DNA of 64,000 bases. Source: Octopus sinensis (lineage: Eukaryota). The stretch is from assembly GCF_006345805.1 (NCBI RefSeq), contig NC_043008.1, positions 77,624,001 to 77,688,000 on the forward strand, given 5' to 3'. This document shows positions 53,101 to 64,000 of the stretch, one piece after another. Each line of letters begins with the position of its first letter. Positions within the stretch are counted from its first letter, which is position 1. Both the position numbers and the translations under genes were made by a program. The notes beneath the pieces are model-generated. The model searched no databases. It was not told where the DNA came from and saw nothing but the letters and a program-made list of their open reading frames with translations.

Positions 53101-54114
53101 GAGTTGAGGATTTTAGGGAGTGTATCACGTTCATCCATACTGGTTTCTTTAATTTTCAGCCATTTAATCATGATTTTACTTTTTAGCTCATGTAGTTCTG
53201 ATGGGTCAATATTTGTGTGTCTTTCTTCATCTATTTGATATTCATCTGTCTTTGTGTTTATGATTGGTTCAGGGAGTATTTCACTTTGCTTATCACTTAT
53301 ACTAACTCTTTCAATCCTTACTTCATTTTTATCAGCTCTGGGCTGGTCTATAACTATTTCCTCTGTATTATCTGCAGCTTCGTTCATTTTATCCGTTACT
53401 GCTTGTATAATTTGGTCAATCTCTACTTCAGTCAGTAATTTGTTTGTTATAATGTTTCTTCTGACGTTGGCAAGTTTGTTACTGTCTATGTAGGGTCTTG
53501 CTTCAGGGTGTTTCTGTCTCCAGTTTAAGTAGGTTTGTACAGTATTAGATTTATCTGTGGGGAAATATATGGCATGGTAGAAGGCCGCAAGTACTTCTTT
53601 ATTATCTTGCCTAGACCATTTTTTATTCTTTTTCTTTCGGTTATTTGATGACGGACATGGATGGCCATCTGTTGGAATATAACGGTTGTGGGGTACGTCC
53701 AGCTCCCGTGTGTCGAGAAGAATTGAACCAGTAGCTGATTTTTTAACCCGAATTTGGTTCAATATTCGGGTATGTGGTCTTTTGTAATCCGCTCGATGAC
53801 CATCGCAGTTTGTAATTTGTAACAGTGAGGCATGACGAGCTTCGACTCTTACATTAGGAGACGGATCCGTCAGTTTAGGGTTAATTTTTTGCGACAACAC
53901 CGTCTCCGTGTTCTCTGCATGTAAACATTGTTCATGGAGTAGCTTCTTAAGGCTAGCAGATCTGTATTCGTTTGTTTTTATTTTTGTTGATAGATTTATC
54001 TCCGAACACAGATTTTTTGTGGTGTTTTTTGAACTTATCAAAAGTTCACTCTGCCTGTGTTAGTTCGAAAAATTGAAAATAAAATAAGAAAAAAATGAAA
54101 AAAAGATCTGTCAG
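50181..54114 (-). mobile_element. Near-full-length R4/Dong-like family B element, inactive
   Basis: 571-aa ORF 52326-54041 (Myb-like KKWSRQDN...KLANVRRNI to KSPGKDKIPNFW), then RT, CCHC and REL segments in broken frames; YMDD motif deleted; AAT on the sense strand at both ends. Confidence 0.95.
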
Positions 54115-54139
54115 TTATTATTATTATTATTATTATCAT

Positions 54140-54698
54140 TGAGTGAGAGAGCAGTTCATGCCATCAAAGTGACACCGGGGTAAAATATACGAAGCCCAAT
54201 ATACCCATCATGACTACCCGTCTGATAAAGGTACACCAGGCACATGCATCACAACCATATGTGCGCGACATGGTGATCTCATATCAAGATAAACAGCACA
54301 TGACCTTGCAGGTGGGGCCCAGTTAGAATTTTCTTCAGGTTGAGTAGCCCATCCCGCTCAAACGGTCCCTGAATAAGGGTTGCTTAAGGATGTTGAAAGA
54401 ACCACCCATGTTTCCAGAGGTGAACTATTCAAACCCCAAAGAATCCCTCTCAACACATGGCTATGATGCTCCCCCACTACTTCTGCTCGTGATCAGAGAT
54501 GCACATATCGTCAGCCACTAAGGGACATGCTCAACTGGTTAAGGTCAAACAACTGACAAGCAAATCTGTGGTATTGAGCAGAATATTTGCTGTAGCCCAT
54601 CTTTTATACCAAGACAAAACAATGTACATGATAACACTTCCAATCAGTTAAGATCAGAAGCCATGAGAGCCACTGCCTGGTACTGCATCAGGGCATTT
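54140..54698 (-). mobile_element. ~550-bp non-coding element in (AAT)n, copy 2
   Basis: Same ends as 30551-31096: 5' AAATGCCCTGATGCAG and 3' CTCTCTCACTCAAT. Confidence 0.85.
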
Positions 54699-55306
54699 AT
54701 TATTATTATTATTATTATTATTATATTATTATTATTATTATTATTATTATCATTATTATTATTATTATTATTATTATCACTACCATTATTATTATCACCA
54801 CCATTATCATCATCATCAATGATTTTATTGTTTTATGTGTAGTCGCAGCAGTTGTTGCAGCAACAGCAACAGTAACGTAGGAGGGGGTAGTGGTAAGGGT
54901 GGTAGTTGGGCCTCAGATTCCTGTGCTATCATAATAGTAGTAGTAGTTGTAGTATTAGTCGTATTAAGTATTAGCAGCAGCATATTATTATTATCATTAT
55001 CATTATTTTATCATTATCACCATCACCACCACTACTACCATTGTTTGAGGGAATAGTTGGATAGCATTTGGTTAAGAGGTCATGTTCTATAAGTCTATAA
55101 ATAAATTCAGCAGATGGTGGAGAGGTCAGCCATAGAGACAAAGGACAACTTCGCACCCTTTGAGTCAGTAGAGGTCAAGCATATTTACTACTGCAAGTGG
55201 ATACTGGGAGCGCTGCCTTGAATAGAAGCAATTCAACTTGTTATATTTGGAATTAATGGTAGGAAAAACAACAACAATAATATGTATACACCCACCCACA
55301 CACACA

Positions 55307-55351
<45 letters not shown>

Positions 55352-56359
55352 ACATACACACACATATTATCTGATATTCACGTCGATGATTTTTTGAATT
55401 TCTGAATTCAATCGTGTTGTTGCAATAAAAGTTGTGTTTACGTATTTGGGTAATATATTAAAATTTTAACTATTCTTGAGATGTTCGTTTGTCTGTCCAG
55501 TTGGAGAATACAGTAAGACTTTTGCAATGGGAAGGATGTTTACATTTTCGAATGCTCAGGGAGAGTCTAAAAGAAAAGAAAACAAGTTGTGGCTAGTAAA
55601 GTTCTAAGATTTACTTAATATGGTCTTTTGTATGACCGCACAGAGAGAAATGGTAGTGTTCTTAGAATAAAAAGGAGGATGATATTTACATTTTAGAATA
55701 CTCAGGGATAAGTTGTCGCACATTTGTTGTAGATATTAAAGATTTTTTTAAATTTTAAGCTAACCGTTTGTGTGTTCGATAGCTGTAGGTATGTAAGTTT
55801 CCTAACTTATTTTATTTTGACGGAGATTTAAAATATTTACAGGGAATTGTAGATATTTCAGTCTTTGGGAATAGTAAGATAAAGAGCAGGTTCACCTTGT
55901 TGGATATTTGACTTTCTGAATTTCTTTTTTTTCTTTTGGAATTTTTCTTTTATTTTTAAAAGTTTTGCTGTGGTTTACAGTTTTTGTAGTTGTGCAGTAT
56001 GTATGTATTAGCAGGTGCTTACTTCCATAATTTTTTATCGTGCATTTAATTGTGTTGTTACAATAAAAGGCATTTTTACATATTATGATAGTCAAGGAAG
56101 AAGGGGCGACACAAAATTGGAGATATTTATGTTTCTAATTTTTTTTTTGTTATGTGTTCGTTTGTGTGTCCAAAGCTGTAGATATGTAAGTTCCTTAAAT
56201 TATTTTGAGGGAAATTCAAATTACTCACAGAAAACAGTAGATCTTTCAGTTTTTTACAGTTGTTTTTTCTATTGTCCTGCTGGGTTGTATTAGCGTTTCT
56301 CTGTCTTCAGCTGCTGACAAGTCAGAGCAGCGAAGAACACGTACAGCCTCTGTCACGTC

Positions 56360-56390
<31 letters not shown>

Positions 56391-56402
56391 GTTATCATTA
56401 TT

Positions 56403-56443
<41 letters not shown>

Positions 56444-57099
56444 AATTTTTATTAAAACTATTACTATGATTATGGCTTCTATACTATGAAGTCATGAAAA
56501 TTTGGTGCTCTGTAAGTTGAAAAAGTGTTTGAAATCTTTTCGGCCTTCTAAGATCTCGTCTTTTCATTTTTGTTGTTACCATTACATTTTTGAGATTGTC
56601 TAGATTTTGCACATAGCATTTCTTTCTAGAAACACCCCGGTTTTGCAGGGGATGCGCGTAAACAAGTTTTGAATTTAAACTGTTTCCGGCAAAAACAAAT
56701 ATTTTGCAATTTCCTGTAATTTTTTTAAAGATGGCTGATAAAGAAGCCATCATAATGTTAGACAAAGGAATTGAGAATAAGGAAAGAACTGAGAATAGGA
56801 ATTTGGAATCACACTACCGAGGCGAGAAATATTTCGTCTCTAAGCAACGTCAAAACTACTCAGTGTCGACAGCGGGAACAACAGTAACAGCAGCAGTAGT
56901 ATCAGCAACAACTACAGCAGCAGCAGTGACTGCAACAACAATAATAACAGCAACAATAATATGAACGAAATGAAACATAAAAACGCAAATATCGCCACTG
57001 CACCTTTTACGTCAGCGGCGAGAAATATGGAAAGTTTCCACATAGACAAAGAAGAGTTAAAATTAGCAGGAAAATTGTAAAAGGAGATGGGAGAAGGGT

Positions 57100-58690
57100 A
57101 GTTTTAAACCCTCAATCCGACATGATAGAAAATGTCGTAAGATGCACGGTCGGATACCGTTGCTTCGGAATCAAGTCTCGGCAGGTGGAAAATGCTCCTG
57201 AGCGCGAAGTACAAAAATACTTTGAGCGTGTGTGGGAACAAAAGACCCACATCACCAGAGGAAAGAAGTTTGGAACGATTGAGGTGAGATTTGGTAAGGA
57301 AGAAAAAGCTAGATGTAATTCCGTAACCACTTTGCAGACAACTAGGATTGCCCCAGCTATCGCGGCCAACGTCTTGCCAAGATTGCAGTGCTCAATTTGC
57401 CACCGGATATATCAATTACCTGTTTAGTGGCGGCCGTCTTGGCAGGTTTGGAAGAAGACGAAGCTACAATGCTGGAAGTCAAGAAGCTACCTAAGCAAAA
57501 GTGGTTAGGCATAGGTATGGAACTGACCTTGCAATGCAGCAGGATGATATCGACCAGCTGACCGTTCTAATTGATCTCCCGGAGGGTATTCACCTGTCAG
57601 TATTTGTAGCCAAGATGCCACAAATGTGGATATGTAAAACGCTTAAAGGTTTCCTACCTGAAACAATGGAAAATAAAGTCTCACCGCTGCCAACATTACA
57701 GATACCACAAGTGAAGAATCACAAACAAGTGCTCAAGACTCCTACACCTTTTCCCACACCCATGCTCACACTCACTCCGAAACCAAGACAAAGAAGGAGT
57801 CTGCCACGGAAAAGCAAGCTTTTCCTGGACGCTCTCCCTCCCAAACCAACATAAACTGCAATGACACGGAGAAAGAAAAGCTGAACAATCAATAGATCAC
57901 AGTGACAAAAGGGGGAAGGCGAAAGAGAAGGAGAGTGCATAGCGCTACTCGAAGGAAACAACAAAAACTAATTCTGAAACCACAACTGCAACACAGTTCA
58001 AAACCACTCCAACAAAAACAACAAGAACAAGATCAACAACTTCAAAAACCGCAACATCATCAACAACAGTATGAAATTAAAGAAACCGAGAAACAACCGA
58101 TTATAGAACTTTAAGAATATTGATCAGATTGTAGACGAGTTGCAGGCATCAATTTCACAGTTAAGAGCAAGTGTAACAGACGGATTTTGTAAATCAAAAT
58201 AAAAATGGTGTAGAGACAGTGGGAAAGGAATTTGAGGATTTCATCCTCAAAACATCCAAGGAGATACTTTTAATTATAAAGCTATGATAGAAGCATTCCC
58301 ATGAAGTGGGAGGATTAAAAATAAATCTATTGATAAAAGGCTGTTGGCAGGGCCTTCTAAAACATTCTCACCAACTTCTTCATTTTCTTTCCCCGACTTG
58401 CATGGCTGTGCTGAGAATGGAGCGTGTGAATATGCGATACTTGGCATCAACTTGGCAGCAAAGTTACTTGCACAATGATCTCAGAACACTTAATTTGGAC
58501 GTGGCTGCCATTAGTGAAACAAGGATCTCCGAAAAACACGTTCTAGCATCCATTTTCGATGACCACGAAGTATTCTCACCTTGTATTCTATCGGAAGCGG
58601 GTGGCGGTGTAGCAGTGCTACTCCGGAGATCCTTAGATCTCCAAGTATGGGCTATTTTCCTGGACCAGGATGATAGGGTGAGAAGCTAAA
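57100..58690 (+). mobile_element. L1/Tx1-like element 5' part: ORF1 remnant and APE endonuclease N-terminus
   Basis: AKIAVLNLPPDIS, degenerate knuckle RCHKCG, then LRTLNLDVAAISETR...GGGVAVLL; truncated before a (TA)n tract. Confidence 0.75.
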
Positions 58691-58755
58691 GGATTAAATT
58701 AAATGTAATGTAGAATTTAGTTTCTTTGTTTTTAAGTTCATTCTCAGTTTGGTCG

Positions 58756-58791
<36 letters not shown>

Positions 58792-58792
58792 A

Positions 58793-58835
<43 letters not shown>

Positions 58836-58889
58836 AGCTTAGAGGTACGTACATATATGTTTGTATGTATGCATATATTTTATTTATTA

Positions 58890-58944
<55 letters not shown>

Positions 58945-60578
58945 TTATTCTATCTACTTCTGAAGTGATGCTGCCGTGTACTGCATCTCTTAAATGACTC
59001 AATAAGAAAAATAGTCAGTCCTACCTCGTTGGCAGGGTCTCTGAGACTGGATGCTGGTAGGAAGTTATTCTTCGAGTAGAAAGACTTGACATGAATTTTT
59101 ATAGCAAGCTTAAAATATCTCAAAACTAATAGGTGGTGTTAAACCAGGCGAACAAGAACTTTTCATATGAAAGTCTTCCACAAAATTTCCGCCTACAAAA
59201 TTTCACTCAGAGGTCTTTGATTTGATATTTTGGTTAGGTGATACTTGAATAAAGTATTGGCTGAAGATTTAGCCCCAAACTACGAAATAGCAGCACGAAC
59301 ACCTTAACCACAGAGCCATGTCTTGTATCTTTGTAGGAAATTGAACTGAAATCAAGCTTTAATTTCGAATCCCATTAGTTCATTGATACCTTTGAGAAAG
59401 CTATTAATTCTCATTTCTCTTCCTATAGATTGTCAAACTATAAATATTAGTTCTTGTGAAAGAATTAGCTCAGTGTTAGCTGAGAATGTTTTAAAGTTTA
59501 TTTTGCGAAAAGTAATTATGTCGTGTCAAAAACAAATGATAAATTGTAACTTTTAACCTTTTATGCAACCGAATAGGACCGTTCTAATTCTCCAGAAATA
59601 TTGTGATATATTTTACTTTTCGAGTTCTATACTTTTGTTACAATCTTTGAGACTTTTCAGGTATAAACGAAAAATTTAAGAGACAACTTATTTATAAGAT
59701 ATTTAACCGAAATCCAACTTCTTAATAATCTACAACAGATTTTAAATGGGACGAAAAGTGAGAATTAAATAACTAAAACGATGATGTTGCTGTTGTTGTT
59801 CTTTGTGTTATTTCATCAGACGTAAAAACATTTCGATCTCCAAATTCCTGGATTTACAAAATGAAAGTGTTCTATGTAATGCGGATTTTTTTTTACAGAG
59901 AAAGGTTATCCATTGTATATATCATTTTTTAAAATAGAAAATGCTTTTAATTTGCGAAGAAGATATTTTCTTCATTTGTAAACAGAATGCCTTCTTCAAA
60001 GAGTAATATTGCCTACCTCCTCAGAAAATACTGAACCAGATGGAAACATTTTTATGAACGTTAAGTTTATTATTAGAAAACGGTGACATTTCTGTACATA
60101 ACATTATTCAGAACATTTCTTATATACGTTTTAAAGTTTTCCGATGCAGGTCCTTCTTGAGCAAACTAAAAACAAAGGAAAAGCAATGGGCAGCGGTAGG
60201 TTTTGTGACATAGGGTAAAGAAGACGTACTTTAGATTTTCAAAAATAAAATAAAAACAGGAGTTTCCCTATGCCGTTTTGATGAAAAAAAATGAGAGTAA
60301 ATACTATCTGACGAGTAACTGTTTGCAAGACATTGAATAGAACTTAAATGATCATGAACCAAAATTAGGAGATAGATGTGAGCTGCCCTCCTGTAGCACT
60401 TCGGTTAAATATTCGAGCCGAGCGGGAAACCGGAGAGAGTAATAGACTTTAGTGCCTGCCACAGCGGCCGAAATTAGAATTAATGGTGATTGACAAACCA
60501 AACATGTTTCAGATTTGTTGCTAGTTTTGTATTTCAAAAATTGCATTCATCTCTGAAATATTCTTTGTGTGTGTGTGT

Positions 60579-60627
<49 letters not shown>

Positions 60628-60774
60628 TTTGTAAGTTTTCAACTTTAATTTTATTATTTCATACAGTGGATGATTTGTTTATTCCGATTTCCTTTCTTTT
60701 ATTTTATTTTGATAACCCTAATTGTTACCACATTAGCAACTGTAGTAGGAGAAGAATTCGATATAGTGATTTAA

Positions 60775-61125
60775 TAATGATTTCAAATTTTGGCACAAGG
60801 CCACCAGTTTCGAGGGAAGGAATAAATCGATTGCATCGACCTCAGTGCTCAACTGGTATTTACTTTATCGACCTTAAAAGGATGAAAGGCAAAGTCTACT
60901 TCGGCGGAATTTGAACTTAAAACGTAAAGACGGACAAACTGCCGCTAAGCATTTTGGCATTCAGCTCGCTTCCTTAAATAATGATCTTATTAATAATCCT
61001 TTCTACTACAGATACAAAGCCTGAAATTTCAGAAAAGGAGTATAGTCGATTACATCGGCCTTAGTATTCCACTGGTACTCATCTTATACACCGGCATTAT
61101 AACGATTCTGCCAGCTCACCGCGTT
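60775..61125 (-). mobile_element. Two SINE family 1 copies
   Basis: Same conserved blocks as other copies, with AAT runs at the borders. Confidence 0.8.
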
Positions 61126-61599
61126 AGTGATCTTATTAATAAAGAAGTTAAAACGTAAGTCCAACTAAAAGAAATTAACCTGGAGATGTTTAAACGAATA
61201 AAGAAAACAGAAAAAAGACGATTGAAACAATATAAAGAGTAATATTATGCTTTTGTGAATTACAGATAATAAGCAAAATATTAAATGAATAATAAAACAT
61301 TGCAAGTAGTATGATATTAAGCAACATTAACCAGCAACAGAGAAACAGAACAGCTAGATCGTAAAAAAAACATTAAAAAAAGACAAGGACAAAAATGGTT
61401 TCAATGTATCTCTGAAGGCAAATTTTGAAACGGCCCTTTTCTAATATGTTACAAGGTTCTGCTATATTCGATGGGACAAGGCGTATGGATAAATAAATTA
61501 AGTACTGAAAACAGAAGAGAAAGATATGACAGTCTGCAAGCGATTAACGATACTATAGCAATCATAAATTAGTGCCCTAGAATATTGGAGAAGAAACGT

Positions 61600-63000
61600 G
61601 TAAGTCGCGGTCAGTGACATGTGCGAGTATGTCACCTCCACGGCTGAAAGTGATGCAGGGTCGTGTAAGCACGAGTGGCCTAAAGGCATTCATTGTTGGG
61701 CTTGACAAGGACCTCCAAATATTAACACTGGTAGTCATAAAATCATCCCGAAAGTATATGCTATGAGCGTTCAGCGTCGAAATCGATCAGGTTGATGATG
61801 CGAGAGAGAAAGTACAAATGCTACATGTATAGCAGCAGCAGCAGCAATATCTGGGTGCTTTCGACTTTTTTTTTGGGGGGGGGGGGGGGGGGGTAAAAGA
61901 CCTCGGACACACAGTATGGCTTCTGCTGCAACAAAAGCAACACCGAGCCCAAAGATGTCCGAAGAAAATAATGAAATCGAGTCATCATCAACATCAGCAC
62001 TAGTGACAGTATCGTTGGGACAATGAGTTCTAGAAAAAGTTTTCCTATCAACACACTGTCAGTAGAGGGTCCAGATATCGTCTTACATAGTTTGAGACGA
62101 ACTGGAACTAAGAACAAGTGCAAATGAAAAGTGGGGACGAACAAATTTAAAGAGGAGGGAGTTCTTCAATTCATATTTCTTCGACGTGAATATGAAGCAT
62201 GAACTACAAAGCATTAAAAAAAGGGCGCGGAAGAAATACATTGATTATCTGGAAAAGAAATTGCAAGATTCTTCAACAAATCACACAGAGAGATAAAGAA
62301 AGGGAGAATGAGAGGGAACGGGACAGTCGCTTAAAAGCAATAAGCACTTTTTTTTCTGGAGGATTTTAGGGATTTCATCTTCGAACTATCGTCGACTCCC
62401 TTTTGGAATTCAAAAGAAAAAAGTAAGGATAAGTACAAATTACTCCACTTTATAGTCATTCTGCATCAGCTGCAAGACTGGTGGAATTTAAACCTGCTTG
62501 GGTGTCCGATGACTGGGGTGTGGGAAAATAGGATACCAACTCGATGGCTCTAAGTCACTAGTCTTGGATCGGTCATTAGTATTTATAGAGGATTGGAATT
62601 GTATCTGATCGAACTCCGGAATCGTGTGAATGAGTGCTTAGGAAATAGTTTATCATTAGCAAGCAGAGTCATATTGGCCGAATAGCTTTTGTAAAACTAG
62701 ATGTTATACTATGGTAGTCTACTTCTGGTAGGTATAGCGATTCTACGTAGAATCTTGCTGTTTCGTCAGCAAACCAAATTTCAAAAGATGATGATAAGCT
62801 GAGACTTCGATTGGTGTTTCATTCTCTGTTGACCTGTACACCTCGTGCCCTATAACGTGTGACCCTAGTTAACAACCTGAACTCACGTAACATGGCCTGT
62901 AATACCCTTTTACTTTTGAAAGGCTAAGCTTTCACTTATAAGACCGAAAGCCCTTTAGGTCGTTTTCATTTTATAACTATGAAATCAATACTAATGCCTT
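61600..63000 (+). mobile_element. Possible highly decayed Ty3/Gypsy gag-pol remnant
   Basis: Broken-frame resemblances only: KAFIVGLDKDLQ (gag-like), QLDGSKS/SLGSVIS (RNase H DAS..GLGAVL-like), TFER...DRKPF (DHKPL-like). Confidence 0.25.
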
Positions 63001-64000
63001 TATAAGGCGGCACGGCACAAGACAGATATCTAATAGATGTTCAACATAGAATCTGAAAGATTCCATTACTATTTGACATAACAAACAATAATACTGGAGC
63101 TAAAGTTTGAACAAGCGCAACAACTATGATATGCTTTTAAAGAAAACTATGATGCTCATACATTTCCCATATGCTGAAGAGTGGAGCGGAGGAACATTGT
63201 TTAAAATGGAATTCGCATCCTGGGCATAGATTCACCAAAAATAGAAGAAAATAGGAAATGACTGGAAAACATGAAAATAGAGAATATGGCTTTTCCGAGG
63301 TATGTCCTCATCTTTAAAGGTGAAATATGCTTTAAAATTTACCTTTATTTGATCTCTTGTTATTCCTCAAGTGTTATTCCCATATATGAACTAGGAACTT
63401 TTCTTTCTAAACTAACTCTTTTCTCATCCTTCTGACTACTGACGATTGTTGATTTAACTTTGCAAGTTTAGTTTATAGTTCAATATTTTTGTTGAAGTAA
63501 ACAGCTGGAGACAGCAGCCTAATGTTGCTATGTTGTCTGTAGAGCTCTTCTTTCTCGATTAAATCCACATTATCAAACAATACCGGAAGTTGTGGGATCA
63601 AAAAGAATACTTTCCTGATGGTGTTGTTTTTCTCTAAGTCTGCTAGACATGTTATATAAACATGTGTTTATATAACGAATAAGCAGTAATGAACCTAGAA
63701 AATTAACAACTCCTTTAGATGAACACCCTTCCTTGAGGCAATGTAAGGTGGTAGATAACTAAATAAAGAAACCATTTACCTAATTTCAAATAAAACTACT
63801 TGTCATCAACCAAAATAGAATTTAATGATATTTTGCAACGAATGGACATGCATGTTTGTTTGGATAAGGTAGGTTACAAGAGCTGGGCCCAAAGGTTCGC
63901 ATCATACCAGCAGAAACTACATTAGGACTCATTCTGAAATAACCCTGTCTACCGATATTCTACATGTTATTGGTTAGGTATCCTGTCTTTTAGCAGCAGC

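Noticed and set aside
52326-54041. 571-aa ORF as a host gene
   Set aside because: It is the N-terminal half of a family B retrotransposon ORF, continuing into RT motifs.
56285-56345. Minus-strand CTGAAGA-CAGA-GAAA as a hammerhead
   Set aside because: No stem II and no valid cleavage triplet; better explained as a simple imperfect hairpin.
61865-61895. T-run/G-run as a G-quadruplex or regulatory element
   Set aside because: A bare homopolymer whose length is unreliable in assemblies; no supporting context.
63135-63215. MLIHFPYAEEWSGGTLF as a 2OG-Fe(II) oxygenase motif
   Set aside because: Short resemblance only, with surrounding stops and no HxD motif found.
1-64000. CRISPR array, rRNA, telomeric repeats, Fanzor/IscB-type genes
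   Set aside because: No regularly spaced repeat-spacer units, rRNA-like sequence, TTAGGG arrays or RuvC-type ORFs were seen.

Overview
AT-rich, microsatellite-dense eukaryotic genomic DNA, probably a cephalopod (Octopus-like; inferred from the SINE types and repeat content, not checked by database search). No intact host gene, rRNA, true tRNA or CRISPR array is visible, and most ORF-track entries are translated microsatellites or antisense frames of transposons. About 19 kb (~30%, my estimate) consists of ~20 fragments of at least six families of restriction-like-endonuclease (REL) non-LTR retrotransposons of R4/Dong type, labelled A-F here. Families A-D lie in (AAT)n tracts, always with AAT on their sense strand, and form co-oriented trains. 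Family F instead lies in (CATA)n/(CA)n tracts. A ~550-bp non-coding element with fixed ends also occupies the AAT tracts and has a filled/empty site pair inside an inverted duplication (40.1-44.4 kb vs 50.2-56.3 kb). Also present: two L1/Tx1-like fragments, three Penelope-like fragments, an RTE 3' end, a mariner remnant, several tRNA-derived SINE families, a 366-bp palindrome, and one candidate host exon encoding the start of a Mucin2_WxxW-like domain. The most interesting system is this microsatellite-targeting retroelement community, with several autonomous families, two apparent target repeats, a shared 3' RNA stem-loop and a non-autonomous passenger. Element boundaries are approximate.
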